From: Marsupella aquatica
Lineage: Eukaryota > Plantae > Marchantiophyta
Assembly (NCBI GenBank): GCA_973895155.1
Contig: OZ316899.1
Coordinates: forward strand, 16,643,974-16,707,973
Reading direction: 5' to 3'
DNA: 64,000 bases
Below are positions 1 through 10,883 of the stretch, in pieces (position 1 is the stretch's first letter; each line of letters begins with the position of its first letter). Made by a program: the position numbers and the translations under genes. Under the pieces are notes generated by a model. That model was given only the letters and a program-made list of their open reading frames with translations. It ran no database searches and was not told the DNA's origin.

Positions 1-1426
1 GAAATTCTCTGTAGGTATCCTCATGGGAATGTTGTGCCCTTGTACATTTTCAGGAGCACTCTCCTGAGGGGCATTATCTACATCAACATCACCTGGGGGG
101 AATGAGGTGCTGCAACTGGAGTTGGTATAGGGGTTCGGGTTGCAGCTCGCCTGGAAGCTGCCTCAAGAGCTTGAGCTGCAGCTCGCTCTTCTTCCTCCTC
201 CCTCTGCAGCTTCAACATGGCAATTCTGATTTCCTTCTGTCTACTCTTGATGAAGTACTCCCGACAGTCCTCATCAATGTCATAGAGCCTAAGTGTGAAT
301 AAATTCTGCTTGTCTTGCAATTCTGCAAGCTTCAATCGCCTAGCACTGATTTCTACCATATCTCATTGTGCATAGGCTGCCATTCGTGAGTTGCATTCAC
401 CAACTTTCTGCTTCTTTGCAATCTTATTCCCTAGTGGCCTCAACTCACCAAAATGGGTACTCTCTTGATCAAGCTCTCTTCTGCTCTGTCTTTGGCCTTG
501 CTCATTCTCAACTTGCTCTCCACCACACTCAGCATTTGGAGACTCATTCTCTTTGTCATCAGGGAAGCCCTTTCCCTTTCCCTTTTGCTTCCTCGCCTTC
601 TTTTGTGCAGATTTTTGCTTCATGTCATCCATAGTCATTGCAAATCAAGGACAATCTTTCAACAAATACCACTAGTCAAGGTAGCTGAAATCCTTTGCCT
701 TCGGATGCTTTGTCACATACAACTCCTTTTCTCTGGCCACAGTATCTTCCTCGTTCTCACCGGAATGACAAGCATCAACTACAGATGCACACGACCCTGA
801 AAACTTGGCAAAGTCGTGTTTCAAGTCGCTCCACTTGCTCTCCAGAGATCGACAGTTCCTCTTCTGTGTGTCCTCTGGTCGATTGTCGTTGTAGTGGATT
901 GTTGTTTGATCCCAAAACGCTCCATTCTTTTGCCCAAATCCAATGATTGGGTCTTGCAAGACATGCATCCACAAACAAACCAATTGCTTCAACTCTGCAG
1001 ATGAGAAATTGCTGCCTCTTGCTTTGGTCGCGTCTGCCATTGTTGCTGTCTCTGCTTCACGAGGGGAACATGCCGCAGGATGTGGATCGTGCAATTTTTG
1101 CACAACACACATACCTGTAGCAACACAGTTGAATAGTGTTTGTCGATAGTCCTCTAGTTCCACCATGAGGATGGCGCCCCCTAGTGAATGCAGAGCCGTC
1201 CATTTCTTCCCAGATCCACAACTCTCCTCCGTGCGATTCAAATGGAGTGTTTGAGTGGGCAGGGGTAGTGCGCGGAAAAATGCCGCGCGGGAGGTCTATT
1301 TTGGCGAGACGGGATGGTGTTTTTAAAAAATCCGTGTCCCGGTGGGGATGAAAATACCCCTCCACAATCTTCCTTGCGGTAAAACCCTCACCGGGCAGGT
1401 ACTTGCCGCGTCCGGTGGGGATGCTC
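1..1426 (-). mobile_element. PIF/Harbinger DNA transposon, right-hand part (continues left of the window)
   Basis: Ends in GGTGGGGATGCTC (reverse complement GAGCATCCCCACC, Harbinger-type TIR) followed by TAA at 1427-1429. The gypsy RT then resumes exactly at the TAA of the uninterrupted copy (CAACCTAAGAACATAAAG near 12150). Carries a Myb/SANT-like ORF. Confidence 0.85.
78..1040 (-). pseudogene. Harbinger ORF1, Myb/SANT-like DNA-binding protein with NAM-associated-type C-terminus (interrupted)
   Basis: ORFs 672-1241, 363-638 and 78-359 are colinear. Motifs RGSNFSSAE..LVCLWMHVLQDPIIGFGQK...FW, RSLESKWSDLKHDFAKF, RPLGNKIAK and DEDCREYF are typical of Harbinger ORF1. Confidence 0.75.
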
Positions 1427-1429
1427 TAA

Positions 1430-3391
1430 GAACATAAAAGATGTAAGATCCTTCTTGGGGTGCATTGGCTATTATCGCCGGTTCATCAAGGATTTTGCCA
1501 AGCTAGCTTTACCATTAACCAACATGCTCAAGGCAGGCGCAGACTTTGAACCCACACCAGAGCAAGTAACAGCAGTGGTGGAATTAAAGCAAATGTTAGT
1601 GGAGGCCCCAATCATGATAGCACCAGACTGGAACAAGGATTTTCATGTCTTTGTAGATGTCTCAGGCTTTGTATCGACTCAGTACTAAGTCAATTGGATG
1701 AGAAAGGAAGGGACCATCCCATATACTTTGCAAGCCGCCAGCTTGCTGATGCCGAACGAAATTACTCCACCACAGAAAGAGAAGCATTAGGAGTCATTTA
1801 TTCATGTAAAAAGTTTAGGCATTATTTGCTAGGGTACAAGGTAATCTTTCATACTGATCATGAAAGTTTGAAGTACCTAGTAAACAAGCCGGACCTCATA
1901 GGCAGGGTAGCAAGATGGATATTGTTATTATAGGAATTTGACTACGAGCTAAAAATCAAGCCGGGAAAACTACACGCCAATGCTGACTTCTTTTCAAGGA
2001 TCATAGGCAAACCTGCCATGGATTGCATTGATGATCGATTCCCCAACAAGGAGCTATTTGTTGTGGAATTAGCTGATACATGGTACCCTGAGATTTTACA
2101 ATTTCTCAGCACAATTAGATTACAGCCAGGACTAAGCCAAGAACAAGCCGCAGTTTTTCTGGGGAAGGACAGACAATATCAGTGCATTAAGGGCGTGCTA
2201 CACAGGTATGGAATCAGCGGCACAATTCAAAGATATTTGGAGAAGGGAGAGGTAAAATGAGTCTTACGAGCTATGCATGGAGAGGAGGCCGGAGGACATT
2301 TTGCTCCAGTAACCACATCTAAAAAAATATTAAATGCCGGTTACTGGTGGCCCACCTTGCACAAAGATGTCTATCAGTTTATCAAACAATGCGATTCTTG
2401 TCAACGAGCGGGAGGACCAAGGGCGTCCACAAGACATCCACTGCATCCTATTCTACCTCTGGCACCAATTGAGAAGTGGGGTGTTGATTACATTGGACCC
2501 CTGAAACCATTGACCCATCCTCGGAGGAACAAGTATATAATCTTGGCCACGGATTATGCAACTAAGTGGGTAGAGGCCAGGCCGACAACAAAGGATGATG
2601 CAATTACTATGGCTCAATTCATGTATGAGCAGATCTTCACCGGGTATGGCGCACCCCTAAAATTAGTTAGTAATAGAGGAACCCATTTTTTGAATGATAT
2701 AATCAGTCGTTTAAATGAGCAGTATTTAGTTAGACATAGGCCCACTACTCCTTACCACCCAAAGGCAAATGGGTTGACAGAACGAGCCTATGGAATTATA
2801 GGAAAAATATTAAACAAGACTGTAGCCTAAAACAAACTCAATTGGGATGATAAATTGTTTGCTGTTGTTTTTGGTTACAATTTAGCCTATAAATCCACTA
2901 CCGGTCATACACCCTTTTTCTTAACCTTTGGACAGGAAGCTCTGGTACCCATGCAACTTGAGATTCCTACATTTCAAGTTACAATTGAGGAGAGAGCCTT
3001 AGAGGAGGAAAGCCTAAAGGAGCAAGAATATAGATTAGAAGCCTTAGAAGAGGCAAGAATGATTTCATCCGAGAGAGTAGAATATAGACAGAATACCATG
3101 AAGCAATAGTATGATAAAAACTTGAAACCAGTTAGTATTCACACAGGAGATCTTGTGTTACTTTATGACAGTAGGTATAGTAGGTTTCCAGGTAAACTTT
3201 ACACTTGCTGGTTAGGACCCTTCAGGGTAACCATGAAGTTCTCCAATGGCTTTGTACAATTGGCCAACATTATTGGAGAGGTGTACCCGGTTTGCATTCA
3301 CTACGACCGCCTCAAGAAATACTATATGGACGAAGATGAAGTTGTTTGCAAGGACGTTTCACAATTGAGTGAAGAGCCATGTGATACCTAG
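1430..3391 (+). pseudogene. pol: Family A Ty3/gypsy pol remnant (RT end, RNase H, integrase)
   Basis: Colinear diverged copy of 12156-14137. Motifs FLGCIGYYRRFIKDF, YSTTEREALG, GGHF, WGVDYIGP and WLGPF; several in-frame stops. Confidence 0.95.
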
Positions 3392-3495
3392 CCAGGAATC
3401 ACTAGGCCAGTTTAAATGGTAAAATCTGGAGTATACCTTGGAAACACATTAGATAGTAACAAAAACAAGGAAAATATAAATAATTAAGGGTGACT

Positions 3496-6400
3496 ATGGA
3501 ACCCGGAAGTAAGGTCGCCGAGGGAGGGAACACAATTAGGGTTAGGGCGCGCTTAGTGCCAGCGGCTATGGGTAACCAACGGGAAGGAAGACCAGACAGG
3601 GGGGTAAGGACCGATCGCAAGGAATGGTGGCTCATTTGCAAGCACAAACTAAGCAGATGACTACGTGAAGCCAACTATTGTCAGCTGCTTAGGCAAGCAC
3701 TCTGGGCGGGAGCAAATACCGACTATTAACTCAAGAAGGGTATGAGCAACGTCAATCAAGATGCTCATTTTTGGAGATGCTTGTTTGAACGGGAAACTGA
3801 GTACATTGGGACCAACAAGGACGAAGAATCAGAAAGAGCAGCTCGAGAACGGTAGGAGCTCGCTCGACTGTGGGAGCTGCAGAAGTCTGCCTTCTTAGGA
3901 GGAGAACTCATCAAGGCTGAATTCCTGTGGACACCTACTGGCAACGAGCTAGACGACCTTCTATTTTGCGAGAACAAAATTGTCGGCATCCGGGAAGCCA
4001 TCAGCTGCTGCAACGACATACACTAGGAGTTGAAGGGTAGCACGGAGGGGTGGACAAAGGCAATCGTGCTCGGAAAAACATCCATGGCAGCCGCTATGAA
4101 GAGGAAAGGGAACAACAATGAAGAGGCCACCCCTGCAAAGAGAATGAGGTCGGCGACACCAAGGATGCCAGCCGAGCAGGGAAGCAAGAGGCCGGAAGAA
4201 GCACCCAACAGAGCAGCCCCGAGTCTTCCCCACCAGATGTCGCTCCCCCGAGCTTTGATGGGATAAAACAGATGGCACATGAGTTTCAGGAGCAACTCAG
4301 GAAAGAAGAGGAGGCAGCCCTGGCTAGGGAGAAGGATTTACCTAGGGGAGAATGGCCAGAAGACATCCGGCGGCTTGCAGAAAGATGGGGCAGCCCTCCA
4401 TCCACGATAGAAGATATCCAGAAGGCGGCTTGGGAACAAAGGCCGCGGTGGTTGATGTCGATGACTACTACTCACTCCACCTATGCTAAAGAAAGAGCCA
4501 TGGAGTACGGGGAGATGTGTGGGGAACTTGCGCTCAGCATCTTTGGGGAGGAGTTGGAGCAGGGACCCTTTTTCCAGAGAGAGATGTTGGAAAACACCCA
4601 TTGGAAGAAGTAGTGGCTTTGGAGAGAAGAAAGAAAGACGAGGTCATTCGATGGCTTAGAGAGAAGAAAGCCGAGGCAGAGGACCTGAAGGCGGCCAAGA
4701 AAGCCCAAGATGAGCTACGGATTACGCAGCATGAGCTAAACATCATGCAGGGGCAACTGGATACCGCTCAGTCTGATAATCAGATTATCAAGGATAAACT
4801 GACTCGGACCCAAGGGGAGTTGGCCAATGCGGTCAAGGAAAGGGAGAAGTGGAAGCAAGAGCTAAGGGACGCAGAGGAGGCCCACATAGCAACCAACAAT
4901 CAGGCCATGGCGGAGACCCAAAGGAGGGAGAGGGCATTGAAGGGGGAGCTTGAGGATATCCACAGAACCCTTGAGCAGAAGGAGGCCGAGTTAGGGAAAT
5001 CCTATCAAGGAATTATTGTGCTGCAGCAGGAGCTTATGTGGTGCGTCCCATGGCTCCCCAAACCCAAGAAACCCCCCCGCACAAGCCGATTCCCCTATTC
5101 CTCCTTCAAGATCTTCTTCAGTTGGTTGAGGAGGTACCCGTTGTAATCCCGGCTTGGGTTTGGCCTTTCTGCCAGGTAGACCTGAGCCTTGCCGATCTCT
5201 GCCCTCGGCAAGTTACAATGCATGGTCACCCGCAAGAAATCAATCATCTCTCCGATGTGTGGGTTGGTGTAGGTGTTTCGGAAGAAGTCATTCTTCGTTG
5301 ATGGTCCTAGGATTGACCGGAACTCCTTGTCAGTTAAGGTCTTCCTGGTATCAAGGAAATCCTTCCCATACACCCTCGTGGAATTGGTCTCGGGTTTCCA
5401 TGATCCCACGAATTCTAATAAGTCTGAGTCCGGCACCTCCGGCTTCAGCCATGGTAATCTTACGAAGGTTTCCAAGCCGGATCCAGCCATGAAGCCCTGG
5501 TACTTCTTGGTCTGCATGGCCGTAAAGCATGCATCCTCCTCCCGTGCAAAATGTAATTGCACTTCCTCTGGTAGGGTCGCCGCCCAGCCTTTCCAGGTGT
5601 CATCCTTTGTTGGAATGGCATTGATGGGATCGACCTCCTCCTCTTCGGCTTCTCCTTGCCTCCTGTTCTGCTGCTCTGCTGGTTTCCTTGGTGCCGCCGA
5701 CCTCGTTCTTTTTGCCGGGGTGGCCTCTTCGTTGTTGTTTCCTTTCCTCTTCATCTCGGCTGCCGTGAATGTTTCTCCTAGCACAGTTTCCTTTGTCCAC
5801 CCTTCCGTGCTACCCTTCAACTCCCAGTGCGCCGGTTGATGGCTTCCCAAATGCCGACAATTTTGTCTTCGCAAAACAGAAGGTCATCAAGCTGATTGGC
5901 AGTAGGAGTCCACAAGAACTCGGCCTTGATGAGTTCTCCTCCTAAGAAGATAGACTTCTGCAGCTCCCACAGTCGAGCAAGCTCCTGCCATTCTTGAGCT
6001 GCTCTCTCCGATTCTTCATCCTCGTAAGTCCCAATGTACTCAGTTGCCCGTTCGAACAGGCATCCCCAAAAATGTGCCGCTTGATTGATGTTGCTCATAC
6101 CCTCCTTGACTCGATTGTTGGTATCTGTTCCCACCCAGAGTGCTTGCCTAAGCAGCTGACAGTATTTGGCCTCCTGTAGTCGTCTACCCAGTTTGTGCTT
6201 GCAATTGAGCCACCATTCCTCGCGAGCGGTCCTTACCTCTCTCCTCCTCTAGTCTTCCCTCTCGTTGGTCACCCCTAGCCGCCGACGCTTAGCGCGCCCT
6301 AACCCTAATCATGTTCTCTCCCCCGACGTCCTTACTTCCGGCCTCGGCCCGGGTTCCATAGTCACCCTTAATTGTTTATATTTTCCTTGTCTTGTTACTA

Positions 6401-7337
6401 TACTAAGGTGTTTCCAGGGTACACTCCTGCTTTTACCATGTAAACCGGCCTAGTGATTCTTGGCTAGGCATCACAGCTTGCATCCCTGGCGGCCAACTTC
6501 AAGGGTGACTTGCATGAGAAAGACGACCAGCTCGATCAGACTTATGCCAAGATGAACAAAATGGAGTCTGAGGTCGTAACGGAGCTCGACAAGGAGCTAA
6601 GAGCATCCCAGGAGGAGAGGGCTACCTTAAAGAAGGGATTGGAGGAAGCCCAGAAGGAATTGGAGGAAGCCCAGAAGGAGCTGGAGGAGGCGCGAAAGGA
6701 CCTGGACAAAACGCAGGAGGAGTTGGAAGAAAGCACGAGGAAGATGGAGAACTTACAGCGGCGGGCCGAAAACCAAACGGAGCGGCTGAAGAAACAAGCC
6801 GCAATATTTAAGTGCTTGGCTTCATCAGTTCCAACTCCAATTGGGGCAACCAAGTTGCCAGGAGTAGTACTGGCCAAAGGACAAGCCGCGACACTCGCAC
6901 CGGTACCGGAAGTAAGTGGCAAGGGGAAGGGACCAGCTGCCAAAACATGGAAGAAGAAGAAGCAAAAACCTTCTGGGTCAGGGAGTAACACGGCTTCTCA
7001 AGCCGTCATGACCACAGAGGAGAACTCAGCACCAACCTTAGGCAGGGTCACGGCAGAGGATCCAATTGTCCTAGAAGGCGGGGATGGCAAAGCCAAGGCC
7101 AGGACAATCAGTGATGAAGCCGGGGTACCGGATCCACCACTAGAGCATGTCGGGGATGCCGTAGCTGTATTGGAGGCCGTGACCGATGCTGAGGCCAAAG
7201 CCGAGGGTGGACCCGGTCAGGCCATGGGAGAGTTGATTGGGTTTGGGGCAGGTAATCTGTTAAAAGATGGACCTACGACAGTGGCTGCAAAGGAAGCATT
7301 GGGGGCATCCATTGACGATCAGTCACCGCTACCATGA
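3496..7337 (+). pseudogene. LTR-encoded accessory ORF of family A, copy 1 (deleted, split by insertion)
   Basis: ORFs 4030-4266, 4272-4613, 4517-5146 and 6510-7337 match the protein encoded at 14217-17938. Confidence 0.85.
5037..6475 (-). mobile_element. Internally deleted solo LTR of family A, inverted, inside another family A LTR
   Basis: Both LTR termini are present (TGTGGTGCG...GCATCACA), flanked by GCTTA/GCTTG (5-bp TSD, 1 mismatch). About 3.2 kb is missing at a junction near 5095. The empty site GAGCTTGCATCC is seen near 17090. Confidence 0.9.
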
Positions 7338-7921
7338 CAGTGGTGGAGGGCCGCTCCTTTTATGGAGGGCCGCTCCTTTTATGGAGGGCCGCTCCTTTTA
7401 AGGAGGGCCGACGTGGAGGAAGGAGGCGTGAGTGGGCAAGGCAGGCTCAAATCTCCAAGTTTAGGATTAGGATCAGGACCAGGAGGCGGCCCTGACACTT
7501 AGCTTAGTGGGATTGCGGTTCCACTGGTAAGAGCAACACTTGTACTCTTGCCTCGCTATACATAGGTAGATTCAGAAAGTAAGCAAGGGAGTGAGAGTTG
7601 GATGTGTCGAGCTGAGAGAGGTCTTAGCGGCTTAACCAAGCCTATTGGGGATCATTTCGGTGGCAGAATCCAAATATACCTAACAAGAAGGAGGGGAAGA
7701 CAAGGGAAGGCCTAGATTAGGCCGGCTATGTATCTCATGACCCGATGAAGGATCTGTCCAGTATATGTGTGTAAGATGTTAATAGTATTAGTAGAAGGAG
7801 GTTAGCAGCGTCCCATGCCACTAAGCCGCGAAAACGGCCTCGCCAAGCGCAAAACCTACGGGAATCGGCTTGTGAAGGGGGGTTTCTGGGGTTTAGGGAG
7901 CGATGGGACGCACCACATTTT

Positions 7922-7939
7922 TGGCGCTAGATGGAGGGG
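7922..7939 (+). promoter_or_regulatory. Primer binding site, probably tRNA-Asn
   Basis: TGGCGCTAGATGGAGGGG 4 nt after the LTR end. It is complementary, with one mismatch, to the recalled 3' end of plant tRNA-Asn(GUU), CCCTCCTTCTAGCGCCA. Confidence 0.75.
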
Positions 7940-7986
7940 GCATTTCTTAAGCCGTGAGATATGAAGTTAGGAAAGAAGCGTAGGTA

Positions 7987-10824
7987 ATGACTGAACCTAC
8001 GCCAAGGGAGGAAAGAGCGATTCAACGGGAGAGAGCTCGTCTGCAGCAGCTCGCCGGGTGGCATGATACACAGCGACTGAGAGGGGTAGAAAGAGCTGGT
8101 AGCTCCGAAGCTGGAAGTGGCGTCGAAGAAGACATACTAGAAGAAGAGTCGGTAGGAAGAAACGAGTACCCAACCGACATGGGGGAACCAGAGGCACGGC
8201 CAGACGAGAGGCCAGGGACCAGACTGAGCCAACGGTCGTGCATTCATTACAAGGCATTTCATGGGAGAGGAGATGAGGATCCGGACGAATGGTTGGATGA
8301 TTTCGAGGGAACCGTTGCAGCAAATGGAGAATCGGCCATCAAGATGCAGATTCTTCCCGGCCTGTTCAAGGGTGAGGCTAGGCCTTGGTACAAAGCATTG
8401 GATGTGGAAGATCAAGCCATCTGGGATATCTTCAAAACACTATTTGTTAAGGAGTTTCAACCCATTGGAACTTCAGAACTAGCAGTGCTGAAGTTGGGAC
8501 GACTTTGGTTCAAGGAGAACAAATCCTTCAGGAAGTTCTTGCAACGCTTTCAGAAACTGGTAAGACGTACAAAGACCAATGCATCTGAAGGTATGCAACT
8601 TCAATGGTTGGTGAATGCTTTGCCACAGAAGATGAGTTTTGCAATTAGGAAGGAGAACCCAGAGACTTTAGCCGAGGCAATTAAAGATATTCAATTATAC
8701 ATTAATGCAGATATCACAAGCCGAAAGAAACAGCTTAAGTCTGAGAGTTCCTCATCGGAGGAAGGATCACCCCATAAGAAAAAGGATAATAAAAAGAAAC
8801 ACTCTAAGAAGTCAAGAAGTGATAACTCAAGCTCGGATAGTGGAAGTAGCAAGAGTGAGTCATCCTCTAGTTCTAAAGAAGAAAAAACTAGGAAAAGGAG
8901 GGGCAAAAGAAGAGGGAAGACGAAAGTCAAGCTGGAGGCTAAACCACCAGATAACATCGTAGCCCTTACCGAGCAGCTTAAAGCTATAATAGCAGAGGTA
9001 AAACCAAAGAAGAAGGTAGTGCAGGAGGATAGCTCTGTATGGTGTGCCTTATGTTATAAAACCGAACACCATAAAGATGCATGTCCTAAGCTCAATAGTA
9101 GTCATGTTCGGCATGTGGCTGAAGTCAGACCATGTCAGGGAGAAGTAGAGTACTTTCAAGGAGATGCCGCTGATAGTGTTTTCGGCATCAGTGAGACTGG
9201 AGCACGAGACCTATCCAACCGACCTGCATCTCTCTGGTCAGGATTAAGGAACAATCCAGGAGAGATGTATCCTCGGATTATTCAGAATCCGTCAGTACCT
9301 CCTAGGCCGAATGTGCAAAGATTTGCGGCATGCTATAATTGTGGTCAACCTGGCCATTTTGCTAGAGAATGCCCGAATACACGCAAACAAGGTGATGGAC
9401 AGCCAGCTCAGGTATGTATGGGATGCCGACAGGAGGGTCACATGCTAGGACAATGTCCTACTTGGTTGGCGGGATTGGCCGCAAATCATAAGCTCTTGCC
9501 GGTCAAGGTCTTGCCGCCAGGTACTACCCCAGGAGGAGTTCAATCAACCATATCGAACTCGGATGGCAAGTGGATGTCGAGGCAGAATTTGGACCTTCTG
9601 ATGATGAGACCGAGGCCCTATCAACATTTTCAGAAGAGGATATGGATCGTGATTGCTACCGGGTCTCTACTCGATCAACCAGAAGGAAGGAAAGGTGGGA
9701 TGGGCTGGCCAAAAATAAAGGGAAGGTTCAGGAAGAAAAGATCGACTCTTCGTCAACATCAACGGAAGGAGAAGGAAGGGCACCGTCAACACAGGCAAGC
9801 CATGAGCCCACCAGTGAGCCCAATCCTTCACAGGACAGCGACTTATCGAGACCACCCTAAGTTGTTCTACCCATCTATCACGGCTAGTGTTAAGGAACAA
9901 CTGCGAGAATTAGAAACCCTGGAGAATACTGAAGCCATAGCCAAGGATATGAAACGAGCAAAAGCATTGTTTGCTTTGGAAGATCCAACGGCTGTGGGGA
10001 CTAGCGTGACACCACTGGAGAAGCCGATAGTTCCCTATGACCTGGCTAAAGATGTACTAGAATCTAGAGTCTCGGCAACAGTAGGTCAACTATTGAAAAA
10101 TAGCCCGTACTTCCAGAAGCAGTTAAGAAAAGCGATCCTCGGCAAGCCAAGATTACCCAAGGTAGCGACCAGATCCGATGTACTAATGATAGAAGAAGAT
10201 CAAGGAGCCCCAGCATTACCATTAGTGATTCAAGGAGAAATATTACTACGGGTACCCATCGATGGAGGATCAGGGGTATGTATTATGATTGATTCAACAG
10301 CAAAGGGGTGGGGTCTAACACCGGAAATGACTGGAAGAGTGTTGAACATGGCCAATGGGTATCAGGTCATTTCCACGGGAGTGTTAACTGGCATCAAGAC
10401 AGAGATAGGAGGTATCTTCTTTAGCATTAACTATGTAGTAATGAAGCCGATAAATCCTACATCATTCCGGCTATTGATTGGTAGGCCGTGGCTATACCTA
10501 GCCAAGGTAATAGAGGATTGGGGTAAGAAGGAGTTCACTTTTGTGACCCCCTCTATCACGGTATCCTGGGATACCAAGGATGACCGCAGAAGAAACATCA
10601 GGGAGGTAGACAGGTACGACAGTGGACTGGAATCAGCCGATGAGGTACGATGGTTAGAATGCCTCGCTGACCAAACCGAAGAAAGTGTCTTTGGACCAGA
10701 GGTGTCCCCCAGCGGACTATGGCAAGAACCTATGGAGAATGACTTGGAGGATTGTGAAGACAAAGCCGAGGACTGCTTTGCCATAGAGTCCACCTTTTTA
10801 GCTGCAATTCCGGAAGTAAGCTAG
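7987..10824 (+). CDS. gag: Family A gag-protease polyprotein (likely local frameshifts near 9570-9860)
   Basis: Retrotransposon gag motifs (FHGRGDEDPDEWL, GEARPWY), three CCHC knuckles (CALCYKTEHHKDAC, CYNCGQPGHFAREC, CMGCRQEGHMLGQC), and protease motifs IDGGS and LIGRPWL. Confidence 0.9.
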   Translation: MTEPTPREERAIQRERARLQQLAGWHDTQRLRGVERAGSSEAGSGVEEDILEEESVGRNEYPTDMGEPEARPDERPGTRLSQRSCIHYKAFHGRGDEDPDEWLDDFEGTVAANGESAIKMQILPGLFKGEARPWYKALDVEDQAIWDIFKTLFVKEFQPIGTSELAVLKLGRLWFKENKSFRKFLQRFQKLVRRTKTNASEGMQLQWLVNALPQKMSFAIRKENPETLAEAIKDIQLYINADITSRKKQLKSESSSSEEGSPHKKKDNKKKHSKKSRSDNSSSDSGSSKSESSSSSKEEKTRKRRGKRRGKTKVKLEAKPPDNIVALTEQLKAIIAEVKPKKKVVQEDSSVWCALCYKTEHHKDACPKLNSSHVRHVAEVRPCQGEVEYFQGDAADSVFGISETGARDLSNRPASLWSGLRNNPGEMYPRIIQNPSVPPRPNVQRFAACYNCGQPGHFARECPNTRKQGDGQPAQVCMGCRQEGHMLGQCPTWLAGLAANHKLLPVKVLPPGTTPGGVQSTISNSDGKWMSRQNLDLLMMRPRPYQHFQKRIWIVIATGSLLDQPEGRKGGMGWPKIKGRFRKKRSTLRQHQRKEKEGHRQHRQAMSPPVSPILHRTATYRDHPKLFYPSITASVKEQLRELETLENTEAIAKDMKRAKALFALEDPTAVGTSVTPLEKPIVPYDLAKDVLESRVSATVGQLLKNSPYFQKQLRKAILGKPRLPKVATRSDVLMIEEDQGAPALPLVIQGEILLRVPIDGGSGVCIMIDSTAKGWGLTPEMTGRVLNMANGYQVISTGVLTGIKTEIGGIFFSINYVVMKPINPTSFRLLIGRPWLYLAKVIEDWGKKEFTFVTPSITVSWDTKDDRRRNIREVDRYDSGLESADEVRWLECLADQTEESVFGPEVSPSGLWQEPMENDLEDCEDKAEDCFAIESTFLAAIPEVS

Positions 10825-10883
10825 TTGGATGAAACGGCTAAGAGGGGAGCTATACCCGTGATGGTGGATTTTCCTCAAGCGTT

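Larger units (their letters stand above)
3380..7917 (+). repeat. Family A LTR copy 1, shared between upstream and downstream internal regions; has internal deletions and an inverted insertion
   Basis: Starts TGTGAT after a purine tract, ends GGGACGCACCACA and is followed by a PBS. Homologous to 14102-18838 but lacks about 1.3 kb (junction near 4200) and about 0.36 kb (near 7576). Confidence 0.9.

Noticed and set aside
7344-7400. 19-bp triplication after the ORF stop
   Set aside because: It is a copy-specific slippage with no sign of function.
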